64,000 nucleotides of DNA from Thermodesulfovibrionales bacterium. GTDB taxonomy: Bacteria; Nitrospirota; Thermodesulfovibrionia; Thermodesulfovibrionales; UBA6898. Under the pieces are notes generated by a model, which was not told the DNA's origin, did no database searches, and worked only from the letters and a program-made list of their open reading frames with translations. The position numbers and the translations under genes are program-made. Below, piece after piece: positions 17,750-28,182 of the stretch (position 1 is the first letter of the stretch; each line of letters starts with the position of its first letter). The stretch spans positions 64,001 to 128,000 of the forward strand of contig JBIOIY010000002.1 in NCBI GenBank assembly GCA_044450345.1. The letters are read 5' to 3'.

Positions 17750-20191
17750 TCAGTTTACCCCGGTAAGAAGGGATGCCTCCTCCGCAGAAATGAATACAGG
17801 CCCATCCGTTTCCAGAAGGACTTTAATTTTATTGGCGCCCTTGAATCTGCCCTTGAGAATCTCTTCCGAAAGAGGATCCTCGATGACCTTCTGGATAGCC
17901 CTGCGCATCGGCCTTGCACCGTAAGCAGGTTTGTAATAATGGTCCAGGATCCATTCCTTGACCTCCGGCGCTACCTCGATGACAAGTTCCTGCTCGATCA
18001 ACTGTTTGTTCGTCTCCTCTATAAGAAGGTCTATAATAGAAATGAGATGCCCTTTGTCAAGAGGATGAAAAACCACGATTTCATCGATACGGTTGAGAAA
18101 TTCCGGATTAAAAGTTTTTCTTAACTCGCTCAGAACGTTTTCTTTCATATTTTCATATACTTCCCCGGAATCGCTCCGTTGGAAACCCAACGGTGTGGAC
18201 TTCTCGATGATCCGCGCGCCGACATTGGAAGTCATTATGATAACCGTGTTCCTGAAGTCGACCCTCCTGCCGAAACTGTCGGTGAGGACGCCCTCATCAA
18301 GAACTTGCAATAGTACATTGAAGACATCCGGATGCGCCTTTTCTATCTCATCGAAGAGGATGACCGAATAGGGTTTCTTGCGCACCTTTTCAGTAAGCTG
18401 TCCGCCTTCTTCATAGCCCACGTAACCCGGCGGGGCACCGGTAAGCTTCGAAACATTAAACCGCTCCATGTATTCAGACATATCGATCTTGATGATAGAG
18501 CTCTCGTCGTTAAAAAGGAAGGTGGCGAGAGCCTTTGCCAACTCTGTCTTTCCCACTCCCGTAGGCCCGAGAAAGAAAAATGAACCGATCGGCTTTTTGC
18601 TGCTTTTCAGGCCTGCCCTTGACCTGCGGAGCGCCTTTGAAACGACCCTTACGGCCTCCTCCTGCGCGATAATGCGCATATGGAGTTCTTCTTCCATCCT
18701 GAGCAGCTTCTCCGATTCTTTTTCTTCGATTTTTATAATCGGGATGCCCGTCATTTTCGAAACGGTGTAGGCAACGTCTTCTTCATCAATCACGGGAATT
18801 TCCTTATTCAGATCGTCCCGCCATTTTTTCTGCATCTGCTCATATATCTTCTTGGTTTTTTCTTCTTCCGTCCTGACTGAAGATGCCTTGTCCAGGTCAT
18901 GCAGCTTCACATACAGGTTCTTTTCCTTAGTAAGTCTGTTCATCCTGTATTCCAATTCCTTTAATTCCATAGGCGGGGTAAACCTCTTCAGCTTGATCCT
19001 GGAGCCTGTTTCATCCAAAACGTCTATCGCCTTATCGGGAAGGAATCTGTCCGGGATATAGCGGTCCGAGAGCTTGGCCGACGCGGTTATAGCCGACGGG
19101 CTGATCTTGACCCTGTGATGCGCCTCATACCTCGAACGAAGGCCGGTAAGGATCTCGACTGTATCGCTTACATCCGGGGGCTGGATACTGATGGGTTGGA
19201 ACCTTCTCTCAAGCGCCCTGTCTTTTTCAATGTATTTCCGGTATTCATCAGGCGTCGTAGCGCCAATGCATTGTATTTCTCCGCGGGACAGGGCCGGCTT
19301 CAGCATACTGGAAGCGTCGATTGATCCTTCGGCCGCTCCGGCGCCTATGAGAGTGTGCAACTCATCGATAAAAAGTATAACGTTGTCAATCTGGACAATC
19401 TCCTTCATAACGACCTTAAGCCGCTCCTCGAATTGCCCCCGGTACTTAGTTCCGGCTATGAGCGCGCCAAGATCAAGTGATATGATCCTTTTGCCTAAAA
19501 GGCTTTCCGGAACGTCGCCGGCCACGATCCTCTGGCAAAGACCTTCAACAATGGCCGTTTTGCCGACGCCGGGCTCTCCAACGATCGCCGGGTTGTTCTT
19601 TATCCTCCTGCCCAGTACCTGGAGCACTCTTTCTATTTCATCCTCTCTGCCTATCACGGGATCGAGACGGTTCTCTTTCGCCATCTGGGTCAAGTCCCTT
19701 CCGAACTCATCAAGAGCCGGAGTAGCACTGCGTTTTTCACGCATATTCGTATATGACTTCATCGAAAGGTTTATGGTCAACTGTCTGGCGCCCAGGAGGT
19801 TGGCGCCCAGATTCCTCAGTATCTTGCCGGCGATACCTTCGTCTTCCCTGATAAGACCCAACAAAAGATGCTCACTTCCTATATAATTATGGCCCAGTAA
19901 CCTCGCCTCCTCGACGGCCAATTCCAGAACCTTTTTAGCCCTTGGGGTGAAAGGGATATCCCCGAATGTCAACAAGTTCATGCCGGCTGGAAGGTTCCTT
20001 TCAATTTCCATCCTGAGTTCTTCAACGGTAAGACCCATTTTTTTCAATATCGCAACGGGAAGACCGTCATCCTCCCGCAAAATAGCCAGAAGGAGATGTT
20101 CCGTGCCAAGATAATCGTTTTGGCGTTTTTCAGCCTCTTCCTTTGCGAAAATAATGACCTTCCTGCCTCGTTCAGTAAATTTCTCAAACAT
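17750..20191 (-). CDS. clpC: ATP-dependent Clp protease ATPase subunit ClpC
   Basis: MFEKFTER N-domain repeats, two AAA modules ([16 protein letters not shown]), short middle domain. Confidence 0.93.
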   Translation of the reverse strand: MFEKFTERGRKVIIFAKEEAEKRQNDYLGTEHLLLAILREDDGLPVAILKKMGLTVEELRMEIERNLPAGMNLLTFGDIPFTPRAKKVLELAVEEARLLGHNYIGSEHLLLGLIREDEGIAGKILRNLGANLLGARQLTINLSMKSYTNMREKRSATPALDEFGRDLTQMAKENRLDPVIGREDEIERVLQVLGRRIKNNPAIVGEPGVGKTAIVEGLCQRIVAGDVPESLLGKRIISLDLGALIAGTKYRGQFEERLKVVMKEIVQIDNVILFIDELHTLIGAGAAEGSIDASSMLKPALSRGEIQCIGATTPDEYRKYIEKDRALERRFQPISIQPPDVSDTVEILTGLRSRYEAHHRVKISPSAITASAKLSDRYIPDRFLPDKAIDVLDETGSRIKLKRFTPPMELKELEYRMNRLTKEKNLYVKLHDLDKASSVRTEEEKTKKIYEQMQKKWRDDLNKEIPVIDEEDVAYTVSKMTGIPIIKIEEKESEKLLRMEEELHMRIIAQEEAVRVVSKALRRSRAGLKSSKKPIGSFFFLGPTGVGKTELAKALATFLFNDESSIIKIDMSEYMERFNVSKLTGAPPGYVGYEEGGQLTEKVRKKPYSVILFDEIEKAHPDVFNVLLQVLDEGVLTDSFGRRVDFRNTVIIMTSNVGARIIEKSTPLGFQRSDSGEVYENMKENVLSELRKTFNPEFLNRIDEIVVFHPLDKGHLISIIDLLIEETNKQLIEQELVIEVAPEVKEWILDHYYKPAYGARPMRRAIQKVIEDPLSEEILKGRFKGANKIKVLLETDGPVFISAEEASLLTGVN

Positions 20192-20351
20192 AATGTGACT
20201 CCTTATCAGAACCTCTTAGTTCCTTATAAAATAATACTGTCTTTGAGGTGCCAAAGTCAACAAATGGAATGCGTTTTAATCGTTGTTTTGGATGAGGGAT
20301 GGTATAGACGATGGGCGGGATCAACGGGCATGCTTCACGAAGCAATATGCC

Positions 20352-21092
20352 TTAATCTTTCTCCTGATTTGCATTTATGAGATACTTGGCGGCCACTGCC
20401 TGAAGAGAAAAGGGGGCCGGCACTCCCTGATAGATCAGGCGAAGAGTCTCCAAGTCGGACTTCCATGCAATATCACCCGGGGCGAGCAAAGAAACACTTC
20501 CCGGCTCATGAGTCATATAGAGGGTGTTATCCTTATAATAAAAATGTTCACTGTTTATCTCAGCGGGGTATTCACGCATGGATGGAGGAATATCAACCGG
20601 CTGGAACCATAGTTTTATCTCACGTTCAGCGTCACTGTCATTAGCTGAGGCGTGGATCAGATTATCCATCCGGTCGCCAATTATTTTTCCCTCGGCATCT
20701 TTAATAGGAACTATCGTGCCCAGAGAGCGAACGCACCCCGGTCTCGTATCACGGGCGACGTGGGGATTCGTTGGTCCGCATATATCCCGCATCTTTTTCG
20801 TAGCATCGGGGCCCTGATACACGAAAGCGATCACCCTGCGCTTATGAGGTTGGTCGGGATAGTGAAGACAGCCCATAATGTAATCTATCAGCGAAGGATA
20901 AAATATTTTTCCTCGATGCTCGGAATAGTGTTCCTCTGCAAGCATTCTGCTCACATGCACTATCTTGGCTCCTGCGAAACGCAGGCCCGTATGAAATTCT
21001 GAAAGCAGTGAAAGCACATATCCCGTCAATGAATTCTTGAGTGCATCGGGTTTAATCAATACAAGTGTTTGCTCAAATTCCTCTTTCAGCAT
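20352..21092 (-). CDS. ndk: Nucleoside-diphosphate kinase, extended form
   Basis: EQTLVLIKPDA, AEEHYSEH, GPTNP, NLIHAS...EREIKLWF; start likely ATG at 21091-21089 region as in ORF track. Confidence 0.82.
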   Translation of the reverse strand: MLKEEFEQTLVLIKPDALKNSLTGYVLSLLSEFHTGLRFAGAKIVHVSRMLAEEHYSEHRGKIFYPSLIDYIMGCLHYPDQPHKRRVIAFVYQGPDATKKMRDICGPTNPHVARDTRPGCVRSLGTIVPIKDAEGKIIGDRMDNLIHASANDSDAEREIKLWFQPVDIPPSMREYPAEINSEHFYYKDNTLYMTHEPGSVSLLAPGDIAWKSDLETLRLIYQGVPAPFSLQAVAAKYLINANQEKD

Positions 21093-21120
21093 ACGAAAAA
21101 TCCCTTTCTGTCACAGTTCA

Positions 21121-22047
21121 TTAAACCAGTGCCCTATCCAATAATCCCTTCACCGAAGCAGCCGATTTATTGAACTCCTTCTTTTCCTCATCCGTGAGTT
21201 TTAATTCTATTATTTTCTCTATTCCTTCTTTGCCCAGAATGACCGGCACGCCCACAAAAAGGCCGGAGATCCCGTATTCTCCGTTTAGATAGGCCGCGCA
21301 CGGAAGAACCCTTTTTTCATCGAGAAGAATAGCCTTTGTCATTTCAAAAACCGAGGCGGCCGGAGCATAATAAGCGCTGCCGGTTTTGAGCAGTGCCACT
21401 ATTTCAGCTCCGCCGTTTCTCGTCCTCTGTATTAGTTCTTCGATCCGCTGATGGTCAAGCAGTTCGGTCAGCGTTATTCCCTTTACGGTGGTAAAACGCG
21501 GCATGGGGACCATAAGGTCGCCGTGCCCTCCCAACACAACAGCCTCGACATCTTTCGCAGAAACCCCCAGCTCCATGGAGATGAACGTGCGGAACCTTGA
21601 AGAATCCAGAATTCCGCCCATGCCTACCACCCTTTGCGCCGGGAACCCTGAAACCTTCCACGCAACCTGCGTCATGACATCCATCGGATTGGTCACAACG
21701 ATAAAAATGCTGCCGGGCGACAGTTTTGAAGTCTCCCCCACAACCTTCGCAATTATTTCCTTGTTTGCAACGAGAAGATCGTCCCTGCTCATCCCGGGCT
21801 TCCTCGGAAGGCCGGCAGTAATGATAATAATATCTGATCCTGCGGTGTCGGCCAAGTCATTTGTGCCATTACTCAGGGATGATATACCCCAGAGAGGAGT
21901 TGCCTCTGCGAGATCAAGCGCCTTTCCCTGCGGAACACCCTCCATAATGTCATAGAGGACAATATCGGCAAGTCCTGACTGCAGAACCAAATGGGCCGTC
22001 GTCGCTCCTACATGACCTGCCCCGATTATCGAAACCTTGGATTTCAT
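21121..22047 (-). CDS. mdh: Malate dehydrogenase (LDH-like)
   Basis: IIGAGHVG, TAGLPRKPGMSRDDL, VTNPMD, LDSSRF, LGGHGD, SAYYAPA. Confidence 0.94.
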   Translation of the reverse strand: MKSKVSIIGAGHVGATTAHLVLQSGLADIVLYDIMEGVPQGKALDLAEATPLWGISSLSNGTNDLADTAGSDIIIITAGLPRKPGMSRDDLLVANKEIIAKVVGETSKLSPGSIFIVVTNPMDVMTQVAWKVSGFPAQRVVGMGGILDSSRFRTFISMELGVSAKDVEAVVLGGHGDLMVPMPRFTTVKGITLTELLDHQRIEELIQRTRNGGAEIVALLKTGSAYYAPAASVFEMTKAILLDEKRVLPCAAYLNGEYGISGLFVGVPVILGKEGIEKIIELKLTDEEKKEFNKSAASVKGLLDRALV

Positions 22048-22196
22048 GAGAACGTAATTATAAATAAAGAAGTCCGGCAATGGCAAGCTATATTATGGTT
22101 CGTATTATTTGTTCTTGACATAAAAGGCAATCTTTGCTATAAAAATTTTGGCAGTATTCCCGCTTAAATACAGAAGCACAGAAGAAGGATAACGTA

Positions 22197-23300
22197 ATGA
22201 GACAGATACGCATTGCAATCGCCGGTGTCGGTAATTGCGCAAGCTCACTGGTCCAGGGCATCGAGTACTATAGAAGCATAAGGGGGAATGATGCCGATCG
22301 TTCGCTGGGTTTGATGCATTATACCCTTGGTGGTTATGCTCCCGGCGATATTAAGGTAGTCGCTGCTTTTGATATAGATAAAAGAAAAGTGGGCAAGTCT
22401 CTCGGCGAAGCAATAGCGAGCGCGCCTAATTGCACAAAACGATTCCATCCAGTTTCCCGTCGGAACCTCGTAAAGGTCCATATGGGAAATGTGCTGGACA
22501 GCGTGGCCGAGCACCTCAGTAATTATCCTGAGGAGAGAAGGCTCATGGTCGCAGATAAAAGGCCTGCAAATGTTTCTAAAATACTGAGAGAAACAGGTGC
22601 GGAGATTCTCTTGAATTACCTGCCCGTAGGTTCCGAAAAGGCCACTGCCTATTATGCTGAGGAATGCCTCAAATCGGGAGTGAGCCTTATAAACTGTGTC
22701 CCTGTATTCATCGTATCGAACAAGGCATGGTCTAAAAGGTTCAAGGATAAGGGGATACCCGCAATCGGCGATGACGTGAAGAGTCAGGTGGGAGCAACGA
22801 TTATTCACAGGTGTCTGGCAAAACTTTTCGAAGACAGAGGAGTCAAAATCGATAGGACGTACCAGCTTAACGTAGGTGGCAACACTGACTTCCTGAATAT
22901 GCTGAACGGGAGCCGGCTTAGGATGAAAAAGATATCGAAGACGGAGGCGGTGCAGTCGCAACTTCAGGTGCCCCTTGATCGTGAAAATATTCATATAGGT
23001 CCTTCAGACTACATCCCATGGCTGAATGACAATAAAATCTGCTTTCTCCGGCTGGAGGGCAGGGGGTTCGGCAACGTTCCTATGCATCTTGAAATGAGAT
23101 TGTCCGTCGAGGATTCTCCGAATAGCGCGGGGGTGGTTATCGATGCCATACGTTGCTGCAAGATTGCGCGCAGCAGAAAAATTGGGGGAGCTCTTGTCTC
23201 TCCGTCAGCGTATTTCATGAAACATCCTCTTATACAGTTTCCCGACGAAGTGGCGAAGACGATGGTTGAAGACTTCATTCAAGGGAAGATAGAAAGATGA
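22197..23300 (+). CDS. ino1: myo-inositol-1(3)-phosphate synthase
   Basis: GVGNCASSLVQG, GDDVKSQVGAT, QLNVGGNTDFLNM, SKTEAV, DSPNSAG. Confidence 0.94.
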   Translation: MRQIRIAIAGVGNCASSLVQGIEYYRSIRGNDADRSLGLMHYTLGGYAPGDIKVVAAFDIDKRKVGKSLGEAIASAPNCTKRFHPVSRRNLVKVHMGNVLDSVAEHLSNYPEERRLMVADKRPANVSKILRETGAEILLNYLPVGSEKATAYYAEECLKSGVSLINCVPVFIVSNKAWSKRFKDKGIPAIGDDVKSQVGATIIHRCLAKLFEDRGVKIDRTYQLNVGGNTDFLNMLNGSRLRMKKISKTEAVQSQLQVPLDRENIHIGPSDYIPWLNDNKICFLRLEGRGFGNVPMHLEMRLSVEDSPNSAGVVIDAIRCCKIARSRKIGGALVSPSAYFMKHPLIQFPDEVAKTMVEDFIQGKIER

Positions 23301-23303
23301 CAA

Positions 23304-23873
23304 TTGTTTAGCGAGAAGTTAGGGCACCTTTTCGACAGGCCGCTTGAGAATCTTGCGAAGAAAATACCCTTTCATCCGAATACCTTAACAACAGCGGGGT
23401 TCCTTGTTACCGTTGTCGCGTCGCTGGCACTTGCCTCGAATCTCGTGCTTGGGGGGATCCTTGTAATTATTGGCGGGCTTTTCGATGTGCTCGATGGCGT
23501 AGTTGCGCGTGTCAACGGAAAGGACTCAAAGTTCGGCGCATTTCTCGATTCAGTACTGGACCGTTTTTCCGACGCCTTCATTATGCTGGCAGTGGGCTGG
23601 AATCTTTTCAATCGCGGCAATGTGTTGGGTCTGGCGCTAAGTCTCTTTACTCTCGTCGGTGCTTTTTTGATAAGCTATACGAGGGCGCGGGCGGAGGGGC
23701 TGGGGGAAAACTGCACCCACGGTCTTATGGAAAGGCCGGAGAGAATACTCTTACTTTCTTTGGGAGCTGTGACGGGAATGATCATTCCCGTATTATGGGC
23801 GATGGTTATATTAACGCAGTTTACCGTAATTCAGCGTATTTATCATGTCTGGAAGATCACAGAACGTCGCTAG
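23304..23873 (+). CDS. CDP-alcohol phosphatidyltransferase (phosphatidylinositol-phosphate synthase-like)
   Basis: PNTLT, DVLDGVVAR...GAFLDSVLDR signature, SYTRARAE, GLMERPER. Confidence 0.88.
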   Translation: MFSEKLGHLFDRPLENLAKKIPFHPNTLTTAGFLVTVVASLALASNLVLGGILVIIGGLFDVLDGVVARVNGKDSKFGAFLDSVLDRFSDAFIMLAVGWNLFNRGNVLGLALSLFTLVGAFLISYTRARAEGLGENCTHGLMERPERILLLSLGAVTGMIIPVLWAMVILTQFTVIQRIYHVWKITERR

Positions 23874-23938
23874 GTAAGCCTCGTCGTATCAGAATTCTAT
23901 GCCTTTGCTAGCCGACCTATTCTTATCGTATTTTAGAC

Positions 23939-24013
23939 TGGAGCGGGCGACGGGATTCGAACCCGCGACTTTCAGCTTGGGAAGCTAACACTCTACCACT
24001 GAGTTACGCCCGC
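23939..24013 (-). tRNA. tRNA-Gly (anticodon CCC)
   Basis: Reverse complement GCGGGCGTAACTCAGTGGTAGAGTGTTAGCTTCCCAAGCTGAAAGTCGCGGGTTCGAATCCCGTCGCCCGCTCCA folds as a cloverleaf with TTCGAA T-loop and encoded CCA. Confidence 0.96.
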
Positions 24014-24148
24014 GATAGTGTTTTATAAATCAGAATACGGGCAAATGTCAAGCAATTCAAGTCAGTAGATCGCTATGGTTATCACTGCATGATAAAATAC
24101 AATAAATTTTATAGGCATGGGCGGAGCGGAGGAGAAAAAGGGACAACG

Positions 24149-25351
24149 ATGTTCACGGTATCCGAGCGCGGGGAATTGAGGGAAAGGATACTCAACGACA
24201 GGCATAACGGCCTTGTCTTTAGTGCCGGACGGCGTCTACCCCTTTATCTTGTAGGTGGTTATCTTAGAGATTTATTGATAGGCAGGGACAGTCTTGACAG
24301 GGACTATGTGGCGGGAGGTGATATCGAGTCCCTGTTGGAACAGATAGTGGCCGAGACTGGCGGGAAAGTGATAAGACTCGGCAACTACCTACGCCGGATA
24401 GTACTCAAAGATAATTCAACGCTTGATTTTTCACCCCTGATAAATGACATAGCCGATGATCTGTCCCAGAGAGATTTTACCATGAACTCACTTGCATGGT
24501 CTCCAGGCACGGGGATTGTCGATCCTCACGGAGGGGTGAAGCATCTGCGCCAGCGGAGGATTAGTATTATCAGCAGGGATAGTATAGAGCACGATCCGGT
24601 CAGAATGATTAGGGCCTATAGATTTGCGGGCGAATTATCCTTTCGGATTGATCGTCCCACGAGACGGATCATAAGGGAACTTTCAGGAAGAATTATCGAG
24701 GCAAAGAGTGAAAGGATTACTTTAGAATTCTTTAAAATACTAAATCTAAAAGATCCTTCGACAATCCTTGTCATGATGGCTAACGATGGATTTTTAAATC
24801 AGCTATTTCTTTGTGGTGAGGAAGAGTTATCTTCCAAACTTCGAGTTCTTTCTAGAGTTAATAGAATACTTAATGCGTTACCTTTAAAGTATAAAGGCCT
24901 GCTCGGTCAAATTTATTCACAGAATCTTTCACGGGAGGGTATGATACGACTTGAAGTCCTCATGAGCGGCCTTCCCGCAAAGGCCTTATCGCTGAGCTCT
25001 AAGATCATAGGGAGGGTGGAAGATATCGAAAAGGGTGAAAGGATACTATGGGGCCGTAGCGTGTCGCGGGCCGGGTTATTCGAAGCATTTAGTATAATGG
25101 GCGATGGCTCGATCGATTTTCTGATAGTCAAGGGCAGGACTACTCTTCTTCCCGACTACGAAAGATTCAGGACAATTATGAAAAAAAGCCTCCTGTCCAC
25201 AGAGGAAATTATTGTCATCAGTGGCCTCGCGAAGGGAGTAAATCTAGGCAAAGCGATATTAAGTTTAAAGAAAGCGGAATTTAGCCATAAAATCAAGACA
25301 TGTAGTGAGGCGGTCAATTTACTCAAGAAGTATTCTTCTGAGTGTATTTAA
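24149..25351 (+). CDS. Class II tRNA nucleotidyltransferase / poly(A) polymerase family
   Basis: LVGGYLRD, DxD (DRD), RDFTMN, DPHGG, DPVRMIRAYRF, ERI..E; start uncertain (24089 or 24149). Confidence 0.85.
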   Translation: MFTVSERGELRERILNDRHNGLVFSAGRRLPLYLVGGYLRDLLIGRDSLDRDYVAGGDIESLLEQIVAETGGKVIRLGNYLRRIVLKDNSTLDFSPLINDIADDLSQRDFTMNSLAWSPGTGIVDPHGGVKHLRQRRISIISRDSIEHDPVRMIRAYRFAGELSFRIDRPTRRIIRELSGRIIEAKSERITLEFFKILNLKDPSTILVMMANDGFLNQLFLCGEEELSSKLRVLSRVNRILNALPLKYKGLLGQIYSQNLSREGMIRLEVLMSGLPAKALSLSSKIIGRVEDIEKGERILWGRSVSRAGLFEAFSIMGDGSIDFLIVKGRTTLLPDYERFRTIMKKSLLSTEEIIVISGLAKGVNLGKAILSLKKAEFSHKIKTCSEAVNLLKKYSSECI

Positions 25352-25510
25352 CATAATATATCTTATCGGACATTAGCTATAAACAACAATTGTTGACATC
25401 ATGTTGATAATCATGTGAGTAATGGACACTTCTCTGGAAAGATACTGTCTGCGCCCGCCCTGACTAGGTATTAGGCAGAGAGATTATTACATTGATCCCA
25501 CACGTTACAG

Positions 25511-26743
25511 CTAAAGCATAACATCCGCATCAAGAAAGTCTCCTGTCACCCTCGCGGGCCTTACGTACACAATGTTTCCCTTTGAGTGCCCCCTCACGGA
25601 AGCTCTCACCTTCAGGTAATTTCCGGATGTTCCCGTATAAACTCCCGAGCCCATTGACTCTTCCAAAATAATATCGAGGGGATTATTTATCTGTCTTTCC
25701 ATGTAACCCCGTTTTTTTGATCTATTGAGATCGGCCAGCTTTTCAGTCCTCATTTTAATCGTGAGATCGTCTATTTGTCCCTTCATCTTCGACGCATCTG
25801 TACCGGGTCTCACCGAAAACGGGAAAATGTGCATATACGAGATAGGAAGGCTTCTCATTAAATCGAACGTTGCATTAAAATCCTCATCGCGCTCGCCGGG
25901 AAAGCCGACTATGATGTCTGTCCCCAAGGAAATATTGTCGATTCTTCCGGCAATGGATTGCAATCGCAGAGAGAACTCTGAGGAGCTATACCCCCTCCTC
26001 ATGAGACACAGGATGGTGTCGCTGCCGCTCTGCGATGGAAGATGCAGGTGTCTGCAGATTCGTTGGTCCTTGATTATCTCGATAAATTCCTCATCAACCT
26101 CGGTGATCTCGAGGGAACTCAGGCGAATCCGCCTTATCCTTGTTTCACATAGGATACGCTTTAAAACCTTTTTAAGATTCGACTTTACCGTAAGATCCCT
26201 CCCATAAGAGCCGATATGTATCCCCGTTAAGACAACCTCATTGTATCCACGGGATTCAATGATCTGTACTTTCTCGATTACCTCTTCCTCAGGAATGCTG
26301 CTTGACTTTCCTCTCGCAAAAGGAACAGCGCAATAGCTGCACCGGAGATTACAGCCATCCTGTATCTTTAGATATGGTCGAGAGCGACCATGACTGCCAT
26401 AGCAGAGATCGACATCTACGGAAGTAATCATTTTTACTATATCGAATTTTCTCGCATTATCAACAACTTCAAACACACCAGGCATGCTCTTCACATTGTC
26501 CGACTTAAGTTGGGAGTAACAGCCCGTAACAACAACCTTTGCACCAGAACGAACCGCCCTCCGAATGAGCTGCCTCGAATTATAGTCACCTTTTGCAGTA
26601 ACAGCACACGTATTCACTATGCAGAAGTCCGGATTTTCACTTAAACCGACTATAGTTACGCCATTTTCCTTAAGTGTTCCTTCAATTACCGAGCTTTCAG
26701 ACTGGTTGACGCGACAACCTAATGTCAAAAAAGATACCTTCAC
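25511..26743 (-). CDS. mtaB: tRNA t6A37 methylthiotransferase
   Basis: TLGCRVNQSES, KIQDGCNLRCSYC radical SAM motif, LTGIHIGSYG, HIFPFS.RPGT. Confidence 0.9.
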   Translation of the reverse strand: MKVSFLTLGCRVNQSESSVIEGTLKENGVTIVGLSENPDFCIVNTCAVTAKGDYNSRQLIRRAVRSGAKVVVTGCYSQLKSDNVKSMPGVFEVVDNARKFDIVKMITSVDVDLCYGSHGRSRPYLKIQDGCNLRCSYCAVPFARGKSSSIPEEEVIEKVQIIESRGYNEVVLTGIHIGSYGRDLTVKSNLKKVLKRILCETRIRRIRLSSLEITEVDEEFIEIIKDQRICRHLHLPSQSGSDTILCLMRRGYSSSEFSLRLQSIAGRIDNISLGTDIIVGFPGERDEDFNATFDLMRSLPISYMHIFPFSVRPGTDASKMKGQIDDLTIKMRTEKLADLNRSKKRGYMERQINNPLDIILEESMGSGVYTGTSGNYLKVRASVRGHSKGNIVYVRPARVTGDFLDADVML

Positions 26744-28053
26744 GACCCGGTGGGATTTCCGTCAGTGTTGATGCTTGTTCCAAATAACGAATGTTGTCTG
26801 GCCTTTTCGATTCTCACGAAAGAGTAAGAGCCTGCCTTCTCGCCATTGTCCCTGATGGTAACGATCTTATTCGTCCTCATCCTTCCGCAAAGCATTTCGC
26901 TGTCGGTTTCGGAAGGGCCTTCAAGAAGAACCTCCTGAATGGTGCCTTCTAAGGTCTTATTCTTCCTATATGTTATCTCTTCCTGCAATCTCAGTATCCC
27001 GCCCAGTCTCTGAGATTTAAGATCATCCGCTATATGCCCCTCCATTCCGCAAGCTACTGTACCTTTTCTCGCGGAATACTTAAAGGCAAAAAGCCCGTCG
27101 AACCCGATTTCCTTTATTGCGCGCATGGTTGCTTCGTGGTCCGTTGCTGTTTCACCTGGAAAACCTGTTATCACATCCGCGGTGATCCCGATATCATGAA
27201 TCTTTCTCCTTAGGCGGTCGATTTTTTCTCTATACTCCTTATAAGTGTACCCCCTGTTCATGAGTTTCAGTATTCTATCCGAACCGGACTGAATCGGCAG
27301 ATGCAAGTGCTCGCAAACATGCGGCAACTCTGCCATAGCTTCGATCAACCGATCTGAAAAATCTCTAGGGTGGGAAGTCACGAAACGTATCCTGTCGATC
27401 CCAATGTCATCGATTCTTCGCAGCAAATCAGGGAAATCGATATCACTTCTATAGGAGTTTACGTTTTGACCGAGAAGGGTGATTTCCTTGTAGCCCCTGC
27501 CTGCAAGATTCTTAATCTCAGAAATAATACTGCTGCTTGGTCTGGAGACCTCCCTTCCCCGCGTATATGGCACGATACAGTATGCGCAAAAGTTGTTGCA
27601 GCCGTACATGATGGAAACCCATGCCTTTATCAGGCTTTGACGGTTAGTTGCCAAATCCTGAAAGGCCAACTCATGATTATCATCAACCAGAGATGATCGA
27701 AGCCTTCCAGAAAGCATATCGCTGACAAGATGAATATTTTGGGGGCCCAGTACAAAGTCAACATAGGGAGCCCTCTTCATCAACTTTTCTTTGGTCTCTT
27801 GGGCAACACACCCGGCGACCGCTATCTTAAGCCCTTTATGCTTTTTTTTGAGCACCTTGGTCCTGCCGAGTTGACTATAAAACTTCTGCTCCGCTTTTTC
27901 CCTGATCGCACAGGTATTGAAAATAACGAGATCTGCGTGGTCGGGAAGGTCAGCTTTGCTATAGCCATTTTCGAAAAGAACGCCGAGCATTTTCTCGGTA
28001 TCGTGGACATTCATCTGGCACCCGTATGTATAAATGAACACTGACTTACGCAT
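26740..28053 (-). CDS. miaB: tRNA i6A37 methylthiotransferase
   Basis: TYGCQMNVHD, NTCAIREKAE, GCNNFCAYC, LLGQNVNSY, FVTSHP, TRAM domain. Confidence 0.95.
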   Translation of the reverse strand: MRKSVFIYTYGCQMNVHDTEKMLGVLFENGYSKADLPDHADLVIFNTCAIREKAEQKFYSQLGRTKVLKKKHKGLKIAVAGCVAQETKEKLMKRAPYVDFVLGPQNIHLVSDMLSGRLRSSLVDDNHELAFQDLATNRQSLIKAWVSIMYGCNNFCAYCIVPYTRGREVSRPSSSIISEIKNLAGRGYKEITLLGQNVNSYRSDIDFPDLLRRIDDIGIDRIRFVTSHPRDFSDRLIEAMAELPHVCEHLHLPIQSGSDRILKLMNRGYTYKEYREKIDRLRRKIHDIGITADVITGFPGETATDHEATMRAIKEIGFDGLFAFKYSARKGTVACGMEGHIADDLKSQRLGGILRLQEEITYRKNKTLEGTIQEVLLEGPSETDSEMLCGRMRTNKIVTIRDNGEKAGSYSFVRIEKARQHSLFGTSINTDGNPTGS

Positions 28054-28182
28054 CTAAAAATGTAACATGATCTTGAAGGTTTCTTCAATTTTAGATATTA
28101 GCCTTTCTAAATATGGATATTCTAAGGCGTTGATATATTGTGATTTCTTGCAATATTAACGTGTTTGATTTAATATTAAAAT

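Noticed and set aside
23939..25500. Genomic island integrated at tRNA-Gly
   Set aside because: No integrase, no duplicated tRNA 3' end, and the flanking genes are housekeeping.
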